Numbered from the whole stretch's first letter, positions 1 to 11,884 are shown. The stretch: 63,969 nucleotides of DNA, filler included, from Octopus bimaculoides (GCF_001194135.2; 10 parts of 9 records of this genome joined end to end with filler, not necessarily neighbours in it); one strand, 5' to 3'. Notes: generated by a model from the letters alone, not told the origin. A program made the numbers and translations.

Positions 1-740
1 TATATATATATATATATATATATATGCAGATACATACATATATATGTACATATATACATACATGCACACACACACACTTATATATTCTGTACCTGAACAC
101 AGATCATTAACCATTGATTCGATGCTTGATTCAAACCTGGCAGCCTGTTTTACTTCTTTTTATTTCCTCTTTAGTTTCCTCACGGGTGGTGGTGTATGTT
201 CAATTCTCCCTTGGCAGATACATTTTAGCTTTTGATTTTTTAAAAAATTTCATGTTTATTTATTTATTTATATTTTTTTTACTTTTTTACTTACACTTTC
301 AATTAATTTTAGTCAGAGTCATCATCGTAATCATCATCATCACTGTTGTTTTCCTCACGACCATCATCATCGTTATCATTGTTGTGATCATCACTATCAT
401 CATTAGAACCACCATCACATCCTCATTATCACCACCACCACCACCACAACTACCATCATCATTATTATTATTGTCATCATCATCATCATCATCATCATTG
501 TCATTGTCTTTATTGTTATCATCATTAATATCATCTTGTCAGATTTTATTTTCTCTTTACTTGCATATAATTTTGTTGTTTGTCTATGATTTAAAATGGA
601 GAAAGTGACAGCATCCATGACTGTTGCAGGCTGTGCAAGACATGTAACACCAATAAATGTGTATTCAACACGAAATGTAGTCCTGTGTGAACCAGTACAA
701 CTCCCCTCTCTGTCATTTCATCTGTGGGAACCAATCATAC

Positions 741-833
741 AGTTTCTCCCTATACCTGTTTCTCCCTATACCTGTTTCTCCCTATACCTGTTTCTCCCTG
801 TACCTGTTTCTCCCTATACCTGTTTATCCCTAT
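741..833. repeat. 16-bp minisatellite (CTATACCTGTTTCTCC) x ~5.5
   Basis: Tandem units directly visible, with 2 substitutions. Confidence 0.9.
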
Positions 834-1404
834 AATTCAGTCTACTCCTACTAGAGCTCCCTTCAACAGCCCTGTAATTAATTTCGATCGCATATCCATA
901 CTAGCATAACCACTTCTTTCAATACATGACAGACACAGTCAACTAGTATCATATATCTTTTGATTTTTACTTTGGAAATAATTTCATTTGTAAGCCTTAA
1001 TAATCTCAGTAGTAGACTTCATCTTCTGTCCAGTTAAATGGTACCACCTGACCTTTGGGTACCTGTAGTGAAACCTAATCTGATGCAAGAATTTGGGTTA
1101 TGTCTCTTGTTTCAGGGTTATTCTTTTCCCCAGTCATTCATGAAAAGGACCATAAGCACTGCTTTTCTTTCTCTAAGTCCCAAAAAATTATCTATGACTC
1201 AAATGATGCAAATGGCTGCATTCACATGGTTCCACAGTACCAATGGAAGATTTGGCCCTTAACTGGTGCTGTGAAAAGAATAGAAGAATTGCTGCTTCTT
1301 TTAATACACTTCACTATTCCCGTGACTTCAATAAATTCGATAGAATTAAGACCCTATTAATTTCAATGTTTTACTAACCATCCTTCTCTCAACTACAATT
1401 TCTT

Positions 1405-1725
1405 TACCATGTGTCTCACAGAAGTAATGATAAATGACAATCTTGAGAAGAAGACCCATCAAGCCAAGTGAAATCATTGTTGTGGCAGATATTGGTGTCA
1501 CTGGTGGCAAGTAAAAGCACCCATTACACTCTCAGAGTGGTTGGCATTAGGAAAGGCATCCGACTGTAGAAACCATGTCAAATCAGACTAGAGTCTGGTG
1601 CAGCCCCTCAAGTGACCAGCCCTGGTCAAACAGTCTAACCCATGGACAATGTCTAACCCCGGGGACAAATCATCCAACCCATGCACAATGGATGCTAAAT
1701 GATGATGAATATGATGATGATGATG
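1405..1725 (+). mobile_element. RTE-LINE 3' tail / tail-derived repeat (family B)
   Basis: Shares GCACCCA..ACACTCT..GAGTGGTTGGC.TTAGGAA.GGCATCC..CTGTAGAAAC...CAACCCATG with other copies and ends in (GAT)n. Similar tail sequence follows RTE coding sequence at 3605-3690 and 6160-6345. Confidence 0.75.
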
Positions 1726-2114
1726 TGCTTCCTGCTTTATTTACTTTTAGCCTTATTTTCTCAGGATTTTACTCCAAAATAATAAAATGTTTTCCTTTTC
1801 TCTTTATTACAAAATTACAAAATTAAAAAGCCAGTTCATCAACATCCTGTGGAGAGATGCCACCATTGCAAACAGCAAGAGCAGCTAACATCTGGTACAG
1901 CATTAGCTTATGGTATTTATTTCAGCTCCTTCCATGTGTATAGCTTGAAGACAAGTTCTCCTTGTCAGAGTAATATTTCCAATATAAATTACATGATGCA
2001 GCAGTTTTTAAGGGTCCTTTTATAACCTAATTAGATATAAGATTCAGATCACATTGCAGATTCATGCCCAGCAAACTCAGGGTATGAAGGGATAAATATT
2101 CCAACTGGATTTAA

Positions 2115-2410
2115 ATGTGTGTATGTGAACATAAAATTGGACTGACTCCTGTGCAGGTGGCACGTAAAAAAAAACACCATTTGAGTGTAGCCGTTGCCAG
2201 TATTGCCAGACTGGACCTCATGTCGGTGGCATGTAAAAAGCACCCACTACACTCTTGGAGTGGTTAGTGTTAGGAAGGACATCCAGCTGTAGAAACTCTG
2301 CCAGATCAGATTGGAGTCTGGTGTAGCCATCTGGTTCGCCAGTCCCCAGTCAAATCGTCCAACCCATGCTAGCATGGAAAGCCGACGTTAAATAATGATG
2401 ATGATGATAA
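2115..2410 (+). mobile_element. RTE 3' tail repeat (family B)
   Basis: Same family motif, ends CAACCCATGCTAGCATGGAAAGCCGACGTTAAA(TAATGATG)n. Confidence 0.8.
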
Positions 2411-2514
2411 TAATAATGTGGTCGATCTCCATGCTTTAAATGGTAGCTAGTTCTGCTTTAGGTCACAACCTTCTGTGTTAAAAAAGGAAGGACACATTGC
2501 ATAATATGGCCTTG

Positions 2515-2690
2515 TATCATCATTATTATCATTTAATGTCTATCTTCCATGCTGGCATGGGTTGGACAGTTTGACAGGAGATGGTAAGCCAGATGATTGT
2601 GCCAAGCTTCACTGTCTGCTTTGGCATGGTTTTTATAGCTGGATGCCATTCCTAGTGCCAACCACTCTGAGGTCTGCTTTATCACAGCTG
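2515..2690 (-). mobile_element. RTE 3' tail repeat (family B), inverted relative to 2115-2410
   Basis: Reverse complement of the tail (TTCCATGCTGGCATGGGTTGGACAGTTTGAC...). Confidence 0.75.
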
Positions 2691-3112
2691 ACCCTCCTGG
2701 TGCTGGTGTCACATAAATAGCACTCAGGCCTCCACTCTGCAGTTGGCATAAAGAAGGGCATTCGGCTGATACAAACTATGGGTGTCTTATGTCTGAAAAT
2801 GGCTTCAACACTTTTGATCACATCTGCTCAATCAAGGTAGGATTCTCACTAAACAACAACAACAACAGCTCATTTGTACTCAAAGTGGGAAGGTCATCTT
2901 TGATCACAGTTCAGGCTTGAGGTTAGTAGACAAGAATATATTTTAATTTTGGCTGCTTTTTATTCTTTTATTTTTTTTATGAAGATCATTAGAAATGTTG
3001 TTATTGGTTTCTTTTTCTTTTCTTTCAAAGAATCTAAACAAATATATAATTAGTGAATAGTGAAGCTAAACAAATATATAATTAAATAAATCAATAGTGT
3101 AGAATTACTCAC

Positions 3113-3191
3113 CTGATGGCAGAAGTAGCAAAAACCTGCCCATTGAAACCAACACACAGGACAAAGATGGACGCAATTACAACAATGCAGT
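3113..3191 (-). CDS. KCNQ1: Internal coding exon (79 nt) of a KCNQ1-type voltage-gated K+ channel, S3 to start of S4
   Basis: Minus strand has a pyrimidine tract TCTTCTGTTTTACTTTCAG acceptor, the exon, and a consensus AG|GTGAGT donor. It encodes (D)[25 protein letters not shown](R), matching KCNQ1 [27 protein letters not shown] (KCNQ2-5 have GNVFATSALR). Length and phases (1 then 2) equal human KCNQ1 exon 4 as I recall it. Confidence 0.93.
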
Positions 3192-3232
3192 CTGAAAGTA
3201 AAACAGAAGATATATATATATATATATATGTT

Positions 3233-3263
<31 letters not shown>

Positions 3264-3291
3264 GTGTGTATAAATATGCACAAAGAAATAT

Positions 3292-3690
3292 TTGCATGTG
3301 GCAACGAAAGGACTCTCCCTCAGAGTGAAAGATAGATTATATGATGTTTGTATGCGAACAGCTATACTTCATGGTAGTGAGACATGTGTGGAGAAGACAT
3401 GTGTAGACTGGAGAGAAATGAAGTATGCTCTGTTGGATGTGCAACATCAGTGCACATGTACGAAATACTGCAAATGTATTGAGAGAAAAGTTGGGCATAA
3501 GAGGAATCAAATGTAATATGCAAGAGAGAAGACTGCGTTTGTTTGGATATGTGATGGATATGAATGAAGACAGCTGTATAAAGAAGTGCTGGTCACTGAA
3601 AGAATGTTGGGTCTCACAGAGGAAATGACAATGGACTGAGATGTCTGACGATATGAGGTACTTGAGAAGACCCGCCCACATCAATGAAAC
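3292..3690 (+). mobile_element. RTE-clade LINE, degenerate ORF2 3' fragment plus start of tail
   Basis: Frameshifted peptides ATKGLSLRVKDRLYDVCMRTAILHGSET and MLCWMCNISAHVR..VLREKLGIRGIKCNMQERRLRLFGYVM, typical of the RTE post-RT region. Confidence 0.8.
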
Positions 3691-4188
3691 TAAGTTCTAG
3701 AAGTGCTGTATGTCCCACCCACGTTTAACAAGGAAATTTCTCAAACACCATGCCACAACAAACCAAACTACATCCCTACATTTCTTCTCTTCCTCGCATT
3801 TCCACTTCATGCATTATGCTTACCTCCCACTCCTCACCAATCTTGTCCTCTGGGTCCTGTCTCACTGTATCATTGCTATCCACTAATCACTGATCAGTGA
3901 GTTCTACCCAAAAGTAACAAGAAAGCTTTTCATATACCCTGCCCCAAACAAACCAATCTACATCTCTTCTCTTCCTCACATTTCCTCCTTCATACACTAT
4001 GCCAAGCTCTCACTCCCCAATCTTGACCTCATGGCCCTGTTCCCCCATATCATTGCTATCCAATAGCACCCTTGACTCTATATAATTCTACCTGTATATA
4101 AATAAACTAAGGAATAAGTGCTTCATTTCTTCTTCCTCTTATGTATATGTGTGTGTGTGTGTGTGTGCATGCACACATACTCACATGA

Positions 4189-4241
<53 letters not shown>

Positions 4242-4479
4242 TAATGATGTACAAAAACGCATGATGTTTTTGAATGATGTTAGACTGCAGCCTTCCTGTA
4301 ATGCACATTTAACATTTTATAAAATGGTATATCTTTGGAATCAGGCTATGACACAGTAAAATAACGTCATATAATTGAAATAATCACAGAGAACAAGCTA
4401 ATGATATAACAAGTCCTTCATCACAATTGTTTCAATGATGAAGATGATGAGGATGATGGCGACGACAATGACGACGACG

Positions 4480-4720
4480 ACGATGATGATGATCATCATC
4501 ATCATCGTTGTCATCATCATTTAAGGCCTTCCTGACATGGGTTAGATAGTTTGACAAAAGCTAGCAAGTCAGAAGACCACACCAAGCACTGTCTACTTTA
4601 GCATGGCTTCTATCACAAGGTGCCCTTCCTAATGCCAACCACTTTGCAGGGAGTACTGGGTGCTTTTTATGTAGCACCAGCAGCAGTGAGGTCACCAAGT
4701 AACTTGCAAGACAAGGCCCT
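4480..4720 (-). mobile_element. RTE 3' tail repeat (family B)
   Basis: (ATC)n followed by the reverse complement of the family B tail. Confidence 0.7.
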
Positions 4721-5229
4721 TCAAATGAGGGAAGGAATAGTATTGAGGGAGGTGGCTTTGTGCCAGGTGATAAAGGGTTGGAGTATGAATAGAGGAACAG
4801 AAATAAGTGTCTTGCAGTGGAAGAGATGCCTGAATACCTCACTTGGGTGGAGAGAACGGAGATAGAGAAGATGGTAAAAATGTGATGGGGTGGGGTACAC
4901 TCAATTTACAAAAAGATATATATAAGTAAAGTGGAAACAAGGATCGCAGAGGGGGGGGATAAATTTGCAAGATTGTGAAAGAAAAGTGGGACACGGTGAG
5001 AAGTGGACACAGGTAGAGGGAGTAGGTATTAGGAGGATATGTTGCAGGATAAAAATTTGAAAGGGACCACGTTGCGTGAAGGGTGCAAAAGGTGATTAAA
5101 TACAGTGGGTTGTGAATCTAGGAGGAGGATGGGGTAAAGTGTTTGGAAGATGGGTTCTGGGAAAGAGGTTTGTCAAGGACAGATTGTATGCAAGGGAATG
5201 GACATAAACAACATGCCTTTAAGGCCTTG

Positions 5230-5880
5230 ATTTTACTTTGTAGGACAAGTTTTCTCAAGGACAGTCCTTTGTTATGGTCTCATCACATGAAGATATCAAA
5301 ATATAAAATGGGTTGAAAATATTGCTCTTACACATCATAGAATCAAGCTCAGACAAAATACAAATAATGACAGATGTGATCAGTAAATATTTATAAAAGA
5401 GACAGAAAATAGTGATTAGAGAAAAAATTGAAAGTTAAAGAAATACAAAAGTAAAAATATAGAAATGAAGAGTAAAAATTAATATCATAATCACAAATAA
5501 AAATAAACCAATAAAAGTAAAAGACGCAAGTTGGAGACAAGGGAAAGAAAATTTCACATAATGACCCAATCAAATGATATGAACTAAAAATTAATAAGGA
5601 ACCAAAATAAAGAACAATAAATATAAAAAAGGAATAACAAGAATACAAAATAATAAATAATGAATAAAAAAGAAATAAATTTATAATTATAAAAGTATAG
5701 AAAGAAGCTATAAAAATAAGCATTAAAGAATAGGAATTAAAAAAATAAGAAATCCAAATAAAATTAGCTATAAAGGATAAAGCAAAGAATAACAAATAAC
5801 ATATAAAATTGGAATTTTGTTCATGGGACAAGATAACATGAGTTCGTATTATAAAGTGAACAGAGTCTAAGCTACATGTA
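5230..5880 (-). mobile_element. Probable Penelope-like 3' tail (pyrimidine-rich on - strand) with decayed HHR-like motif at ~5243-5290
   Basis: Same architecture as 27814-28830. Minus strand reads gTGATGAGACC...GAAAACTTGTC (C3 lost, stems poorly formed). Confidence 0.3.
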
Positions 5881-5889
5881 CATACATAT

Positions 5890-6345
5890 ATCATCATCAT
5901 CATCATCCTCCTCATCATCATCATCTTCATCATCATCTTTTAATGTTCATTTCCCACACTGGCATAGGTTGGACGGTTTGACCAGAGCTGGGAAGCTGCA
6001 CCAGTTTCCAGCCTGATTTGGCCTGGTTTCTACAGCTGGATTCCTGTCCTAATGCCAACCACTTTACGGTGTGTAATGGGTGCTTTTAATGTGGCACTGG
6101 CACAAATACTTTTATGTGACACTGACATGAGTACTTTGTACATGTCACTGGCACAAGGCTCTTGCAGATCCATCCTTTCCACCCGAGGGAGTGGCCTTAA
6201 CACTTCTGCAGTGGAGAAAGGGTCTTCTTGAGTACAGTAAAGCACCTGGTACCTCAGTCCTTTGTCATTTCATCTGAAAGGTTCAGTGTCCTGAAGTTGT
6301 CCTTTACTACCCCATCCCATGTCTTCCTGGATCTCCCTCGAGTTC
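5890..6345 (-). mobile_element. RTE LINE 3' end (ORF2 C-terminus GRSRKTWDGVVKDNFRTLNLSDEMTKD plus tail)
   Basis: Minus-strand translation of ~6270-6340 joined to a family B tail ending in (GAT)n. Confidence 0.75.
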
Positions 6346-6347
6346 CA

Positions 6348-6379
<32 letters not shown>

Positions 6380-6384
<5 letters not shown>

Positions 6385-7290
6385 TTATTTTTCTCAATTG
6401 TTATATATTTTATATTTTCCCTTTAATTTTTTATTTTTTATATTTTAATTTTAATTTTTAATTTTTTTTTATTCTTTATCTCTTATTTTTTTATTATTTT
6501 TTTAGTTCTTATTTTATTTCTTATTTGTTACATTATTAATGTGGGTGCTATTATTTCCTATCACTATTATACTATATTACTACAGTCGAAATGCCCCCAA
6601 TACTCTGTTTTTTGAATTTTAACGTCCAACCCTCCCTCTCCCATATACTTTATTTCCCTTTTCTTGTTGACATGTTTAATTATTCATTCTTTAAGGTCTT
6701 CTATGTTATAATTACCCTTTCCACTTCCTTCACCCTTCTTCATCTAGATAAGTGTATGTAGATAAGTTAGTACACTTAAGTTGTAATTCACTTAGGTTGA
6801 CCACTCACCACAAAAATATCATGTTTCAAGTTTATTCTGGCCTGAAACTACTTATTTACGACCCACCACTGACATAGGCAGACACAGCTCATATATATCT
6901 ATCCCTTACGACCTTTAAGATCTATGTATCTATATCTATTTATCGTTTTATCTTCTTCTTCTACATTTAGATTTTTCCTCACCACCCTTCCCCAATTAAG
7001 AATTCTACGAGGTATAGTACAATGCAAAACACCTCTTATATCTCATCTTTCTTCCTCCTTTAACGCCTATGTAATATAATTCTTGGGAGAGAATACATAC
7101 ATTTGCGGCTGAAGATAGCTTTATATTGTCAATTATACACTGATGTAACAACTATAAAGCTTGAAACACGTGTACCGCAGAATCCTTTGTGTTTTTGTTT
7201 TTATTTTTGCATTTACAATTTATTCATTCACCTCAACCACGAGCTGGCATACACTGGTGCTTACAATTGTCAAGTATTACCTCTAACATT
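6380..7290 (+). mobile_element. Penelope-like element 3' tail (no ORF visible) carrying a hammerhead ribozyme
   Basis: About 700 nt pyrimidine-rich tract, then HHR, then T-rich run, as in the GIY-YIG-linked copy at 27430-28830. Confidence 0.5.
7102..7181 (+). ncRNA. Type I hammerhead ribozyme
   Basis: Stem I TTTGCGG(7102-7108)/CCGCAGA(7175-7181). Core CTGAAGA 7109-7115. Stem II AGCTTTATA/TATAAAGCT plus TTGT/ACAA, with a T.T mismatch next to the core. GAAA 7163-7166. Palindromic stem III ACACGTGT. GUA cleavage triplet, cut 3' of A7174. Confidence 0.75.
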
Positions 7291-8316
7291 TACTTATATN
7301 NNNNNNNNNNNNNNNNNNNNNNNNNNNNNNNNNNNNNNNNNNNNNNNNNNNNNNNNNNNNNNNNNNNNNNNNNNNNNNNNNNNNNNNNNNNNNNNNNNNN
7401 NNNNNNNNNNNNNNNNNNNNNNNNNNNNNNNNNNNNNNNNNNNNNNNNNNNNNNNNNNNNNNNNNNNNNNNNNNNNNNNNNNNNNNNNNNNNNNNNNNNN
7501 NNNNNNNNNNNNNNNNNNNNNNNNNNNNNNNNNNNNNNNNNNNNNNNNNNNNNNNNNNNNNNNNNNNNNNNNNNNNNNNNNNNNNNNNNNNNNNNNNNNN
7601 NNNNNNNNNNNNNNNNNNNNNNNNNNNNNNNNNNNNNNNNNNNNNNNNNNNNNNNNNNNNNNNNNNNNNNNNNNNNNNNNNNNNNNNNNNNNNNNNNNNN
7701 NNNNNNNNNNNNNNNNNNNNNNNNNNNNNNNNNNNNNNNNNNNNNNNNNNNNNNNNNNNNNNNNNNNNNNNNNNNNNNNNNNNNNNNNNNNNNNNNNNNN
7801 NNNNNNNNNNNNNNNNNNNNNNNNNNNNNNNNNNNNNNNNNNNNNNTATATATATATATATGAATTGATACCTATCCATTCCCACACAGAGTAGGGAATC
7901 ATATCAAGTTGAGCTCTAGCCACTATAATTAATTAGGACAGATAAAAAAAAAGGCTTCAAAAATGTCAGTAGAAAGATTAAAACTTCAAGTAACCTGATA
8001 TGCATTAAAGATTCACAATGTCATATATACTGTATATGTAGTTGTGTTAACTTGTGTGCATATACATGAGAAAACAGTCTCAATCATTATTACTCAGACA
8101 TACATACCTATTACAGACTGCTATTAATGTGATATTATATAGAACAAAAACTGGTGACAACAATAATAGTGAAAGTAATTATAATAAGAACACACTATTA
8201 AATAGAAAAAAATCGACGATAATAATACTGATGATGTTGATGACGATGATGATGACGACGATGATGGCGATGATGATAATGGTGGTGGTGGTGGTGATTT
8301 TGGGATTTGGTGATGG

Positions 8317-8351
<35 letters not shown>

Positions 8352-8495
8352 GTGATGGTGGTGAAGATGAAAGTCATTATAACAACAACCCGCAATTATA
8401 TAGAAGAAAAAACTGATAATAACAAAAATAATAAAAGTAATTATAACATGTTATTATATAGATGAGAAAACTAATAATAACAATAATAATGAAAC

Positions 8496-8540
<45 letters not shown>

Positions 8541-8550
8541 TAATAAAAAT

Positions 8551-8657
8551 ATATCCCAGCAGTTATAGTTGCATTGGGAACTATCCCTAAAGATCTGAAC
8601 AGATGGGTAGAGGAAATAGGCATAAAACTTAGTTTAGTACAAGTCCAGAAAACATGA
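8551..8657 (+). mobile_element. Dong/R4-clade LINE C-terminal fragment directly after (TAA)n
   Basis: IPAVIVALGTIPKDLNRWVEEIGIKLSLVQVQKT, homologous to the C-terminus at 15098-15270. Confidence 0.75.
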
Positions 8658-8660
8658 AAT

Positions 8661-8842
8661 TTAGTGGGAGGGGGATAGTCCATTACATTGACCCCAGTGC
8701 TTCACTGGTACTTAGTTTATCGGCCCTGAAAGGATGAAAAGCAAAGTCGACTTTGGCGGAATTTGAACTCAGAACGTAACGTGAGACAAAATACCACTAA
8801 GCATTTTGTGCAGCATGGTAATGATTCTGCCAGCTCACCTTA
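8661..8842 (-). mobile_element. tRNA-derived SINE family C
   Basis: Reverse complement of GGCGAGCTGGCAGAATCGTTAG...GAGTTCAAATTCCGCCGAGGTCGACTTTGCCTTTCATCC core. Heavy CpG decay. Confidence 0.8.
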
Positions 8843-8867
8843 ATAGTAATAATAATAATAATAATAA

Positions 8868-9082
8868 TAACCCTTTCTACTACAGTCACAAGGCCTGAAA
8901 TTTGGCAGGCAGAGTTAGTCGATTATATCGACCCCAGTACATAATTGGTACTTATTTCATCGACCTTGAAAAGATAAAAGGCAAAGTCAACCTCGGCGGA
9001 ATTTGAACTCAGAATGTAGCGACAGCTGAAATACTGCTAAGCATTTCGTCCAGTATGCTAACAATTCCGCCAGCTCACCTTA
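8868..9082 (-). mobile_element. SINE family C
   Basis: Near full-length copy with B-box GAGTTCAAATTCC. CpG-decayed. Confidence 0.85.
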
Positions 9083-9455
9083 ATAATAACAATGATAATA
9101 ATAATGATAATAATAATAATAATAATTATAATAATAATAATAATAAGAGCACCGGGCTGAATAACAACATGGATGTGCTACACCGGGCTCCCTATACAAA
9201 AACATATCTAATCCAATAACATCGATGGAATTAGGCAACAGAACCGGTGGAAGATTTGAAGGAAGCGGTCTTTTAACGAAGATAATTTTTTTTTTTTAAT
9301 ATTTTTTTATTCTTAAAAAATGAAATTTCACTGCAATACAAAGCACAGGTCCTCCTATGCACGATGTCTCAATGAAACACGTGCGATCACACACGCAAAA
9401 CCAACACCGGAAAGTTTACAAACTATATAAAAAAGAAATGGAACAAAATAGTAAG

Positions 9456-9555
9456 NNNNNNNNNNNNNNNNNNNNNNNNNNNNNNNNNNNNNNNNNNNNT
9501 TAATTAATTAANNNNNNNNNNNNNNNNNNNNNNNNNNNNNNNNNNNNNNNNNNNN
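9456..9555. other. Artificial 100-bp scaffold spacer (44 N + TTAATTAATTAA + 44 N)
   Basis: Identical geometry with the 12-mer starting at 9500, 15485, 20793, 34418, 43738, 49636, 59007, 61234 and 62772. The 12-mer has stops in all six frames. Confidence 0.97.
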
Positions 9556-9586
<31 letters not shown>

Positions 9587-9587
<1 letters not shown>

Positions 9588-9756
9588 GACAGGCTTCTTT
9601 CAGTTTCCGTCTACCAAATCCACTGACAAGGGTTTGATCGGCCGGAGGCTATAGTAGAAGACACTTGCCCAAGGTGCCACGCAGTGGGAATGAACCCGGA
9701 ACCATGTGGTTGGTAAGCAAGCCACTTTCTTACCACACAGTCACTCCTGCGCCTAT
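9587..9756 (-). mobile_element. tRNA-derived SINE family A, 5' half
   Basis: Reverse complement of GCGCAGGAGTG.CTGTGTGGTAAG...GGGTTCA.TCCCACTGCGTGGCACCTTGGGCAAGTGTCTTCTACTATAGCC. Confidence 0.88.
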
Positions 9757-10050
9757 CTGGAGATAAAATTACAATAATTAACAGTTTTAAAACGAAATTT
9801 CATTTAAAAACATCCACGAAACAAAGTACTCCTGAAAGTCGAGCAGATGTATTTTTTGGTGGATATTTTTCTTGTGGAAATAATTCTTTATCTGCAGAAA
9901 TATTTCACTCTATGAGGTAATCTGTCGCTGTATGTGGTAATATTTTCTCTGTAGATATATTTCTCTTCATGCAGAGATATTTCCCTCTATGTTTGAATAT
10001 TTTGCTATTTCAGGCAACATAGTCAAAGTTTTGAAACCAGTGTCACCCTT

Positions 10051-10880
10051 TAGGTGTGGCTGAGCGGCAAGAAGTATGCTTTTCAAACATGTGGTCACGG
10101 GTTCAGTCCCACTGCGTGGCACCTTGGGCATGTGTCTTCTGCTATAGCCGCGGGTCGACCAAACAATGTCCTGTGAGTAGCTTGGTAGAAAAGGAAACGG
10201 AATGACGTCCGTATGTATATATATATATATATATATTTATATATTGCTGTATTTCGGGACGGTCATTTATTTTTTTTGCCAAATAAACATACGCACTATA
10301 TATTCATTCTTCACTCAAGCGGAGTAAGAGCATACACGAAGACGGAATGTGTATCTGTTTCAACACATGGTTTCACATTAGGAATCTTGCAACACAAATT
10401 TATATATATATGATATAGTAAATCCCCAAAAAGAAGAACAAACGCACACACACACACAAAAAAAAACAACAACGCAAGGACGTGGTACATGTAAAGTATT
10501 AGCAGACGCTCAGGGAAGGAAAGAAAGATGGTTTAACGTTTCGAGCAACGCTCTTCTTCAGGAACAGAGGAAAGTCCAATAGAAAGGAAGACAGAGGAAG
10601 AAAATCGCCAACGATTCACATGTGGTTACATTTTGAAAAAATATATATGATATATATATGTGTGTGTGTGTGATTAGTGATTGTGTTTGTCTTCGACAAC
10701 CGATGTTAGTTTGTTTACATCCTCCTATCTTAGCAGTTCGGCAAGCAATCCGACAAAATACCAGGCTTAAGAAAAAAAAAAAGAAATTAAGCAGTGTGGT
10801 CAATTTGTTCAACTAAACTCTTCAAAGAGGTGCTCTAGCATGACCGCAGTTCAATCACTGAAACGTAAAAGATAGAAAGA
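10051..10880 (+). mobile_element. SINE family A split (10051-10232 and 10660-10880) by an inserted repeat
   Basis: 5' and 3' halves are colinear with the intact copy at 33665-34040. Confidence 0.75.
10531..10565 (-). ncRNA. Minimal PLE-type hammerhead-like motif (imperfect)
   Basis: Minus strand GTTC-CTGAAGA-A-GAGC-GTT-GCTC-GAAACGTT-AAAC. Palindromic ACGT stem III. C.A mismatch at the stem I base and an extra A after the core. Confidence 0.4.
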
Positions 10881-11274
10881 TACATTGTAATATTTTTCTA
10901 TATGTTGTAATATTTCTAATATATCTTAATATTTTCTGTATGACAATAGCTAAATGAAGAAATATTTCTTTGTATGTCGTAATACTTTTTAAATGTAGTT
11001 AAATGTTTGTAAGTGAGAATATTTCTCTGTATGGGTCTGTATGTTGCAATACTTCTCTATATTGTCATAACATTTTTTTCGTAGGTGTACAGAAATATTT
11101 TCATTACATTATACAGTTATTTCCATATTGTGTTTGCACAGATAAGAAGGCATTCACATCAAGATAAAACGTAGACGCATGGACACACAAAGAAACCTCT
11201 AGGCGGTTATTCCACATGTTAAAAATAGCCGATAAAACTTCTCTCACGTTTGCACTATTGATAATTGTAGATAT

Positions 11275-11600
11275 ACGTCTTTTATCTTTTGCTTTTTGTT
11301 TTAGCCATTGGACTGCGGCCATGCTGGGGTACCACCTTGAAGGTTTTTTTAAAAAATCGAACGAATCTACCCCAGAGCATAATTTGTTTTTAAAGCCTGG
11401 TACTTATTCTGTCAGTCTTTTTACCGAACTGCTAAGTTACGGGTAATTAAACAAAACAATACCAGTTGTCAAGCAATGGTGAGGGACAAACGCAACCACA
11501 TACACACACACACACACACACACAGACGGAATTTCAATTTCCATCTACCGAATCTTTGGTCGGCCTCAGGCTATATTAGAAGGTGCCACGCAGTGTGGTT
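11275..11600 (-). mobile_element. SINE family A (degenerate)
   Basis: GACTGCGGCCATGCTGG...CCGAACTGCTAAGTTACG...GGTGCCACGCAGTG. Confidence 0.75.
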
Positions 11601-11884
11601 AATATCTAGTTTAACAACCAGCCACCAAAACAAACATCAAAAAAGTGTTNNNNNNNNNNNNNNNNNNNNNNNNNNNNNNNNNNNNNNNNNNNNNNNNNNN
11701 NNNNNNNNNNNNNNNNNNNNNNNNNNNNNNNNNNNNNNNNNNNNNNNNNCCAGTCCTCAGTAAAATCGTCCAACCCATGCTAGCATAGAAAGTGGACATT
11801 AAACAATGATGATGATGATAATATATAAGTGATGATGATGGATTCTTGTCATGAACGATGAATGAGGGTTCACTAAAATAAAGC

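Noticed and set aside
560-2030. Short minus-strand frames (GVTCLAQPATVMDAVTFSILNHRQ; MLYQMLAALAVCNGGISPQDVDEL) as further KCNQ1 exons
   Set aside because: No similarity to the expected S4-S5 exon ([20 protein letters not shown]) and no convincing paired splice sites.
3105-3140. CTGATG...AAAAAC as a possible hammerhead on +
   Set aside because: Core is incomplete, and the sequence is explained as the KCNQ1 exon and donor on the minus strand.
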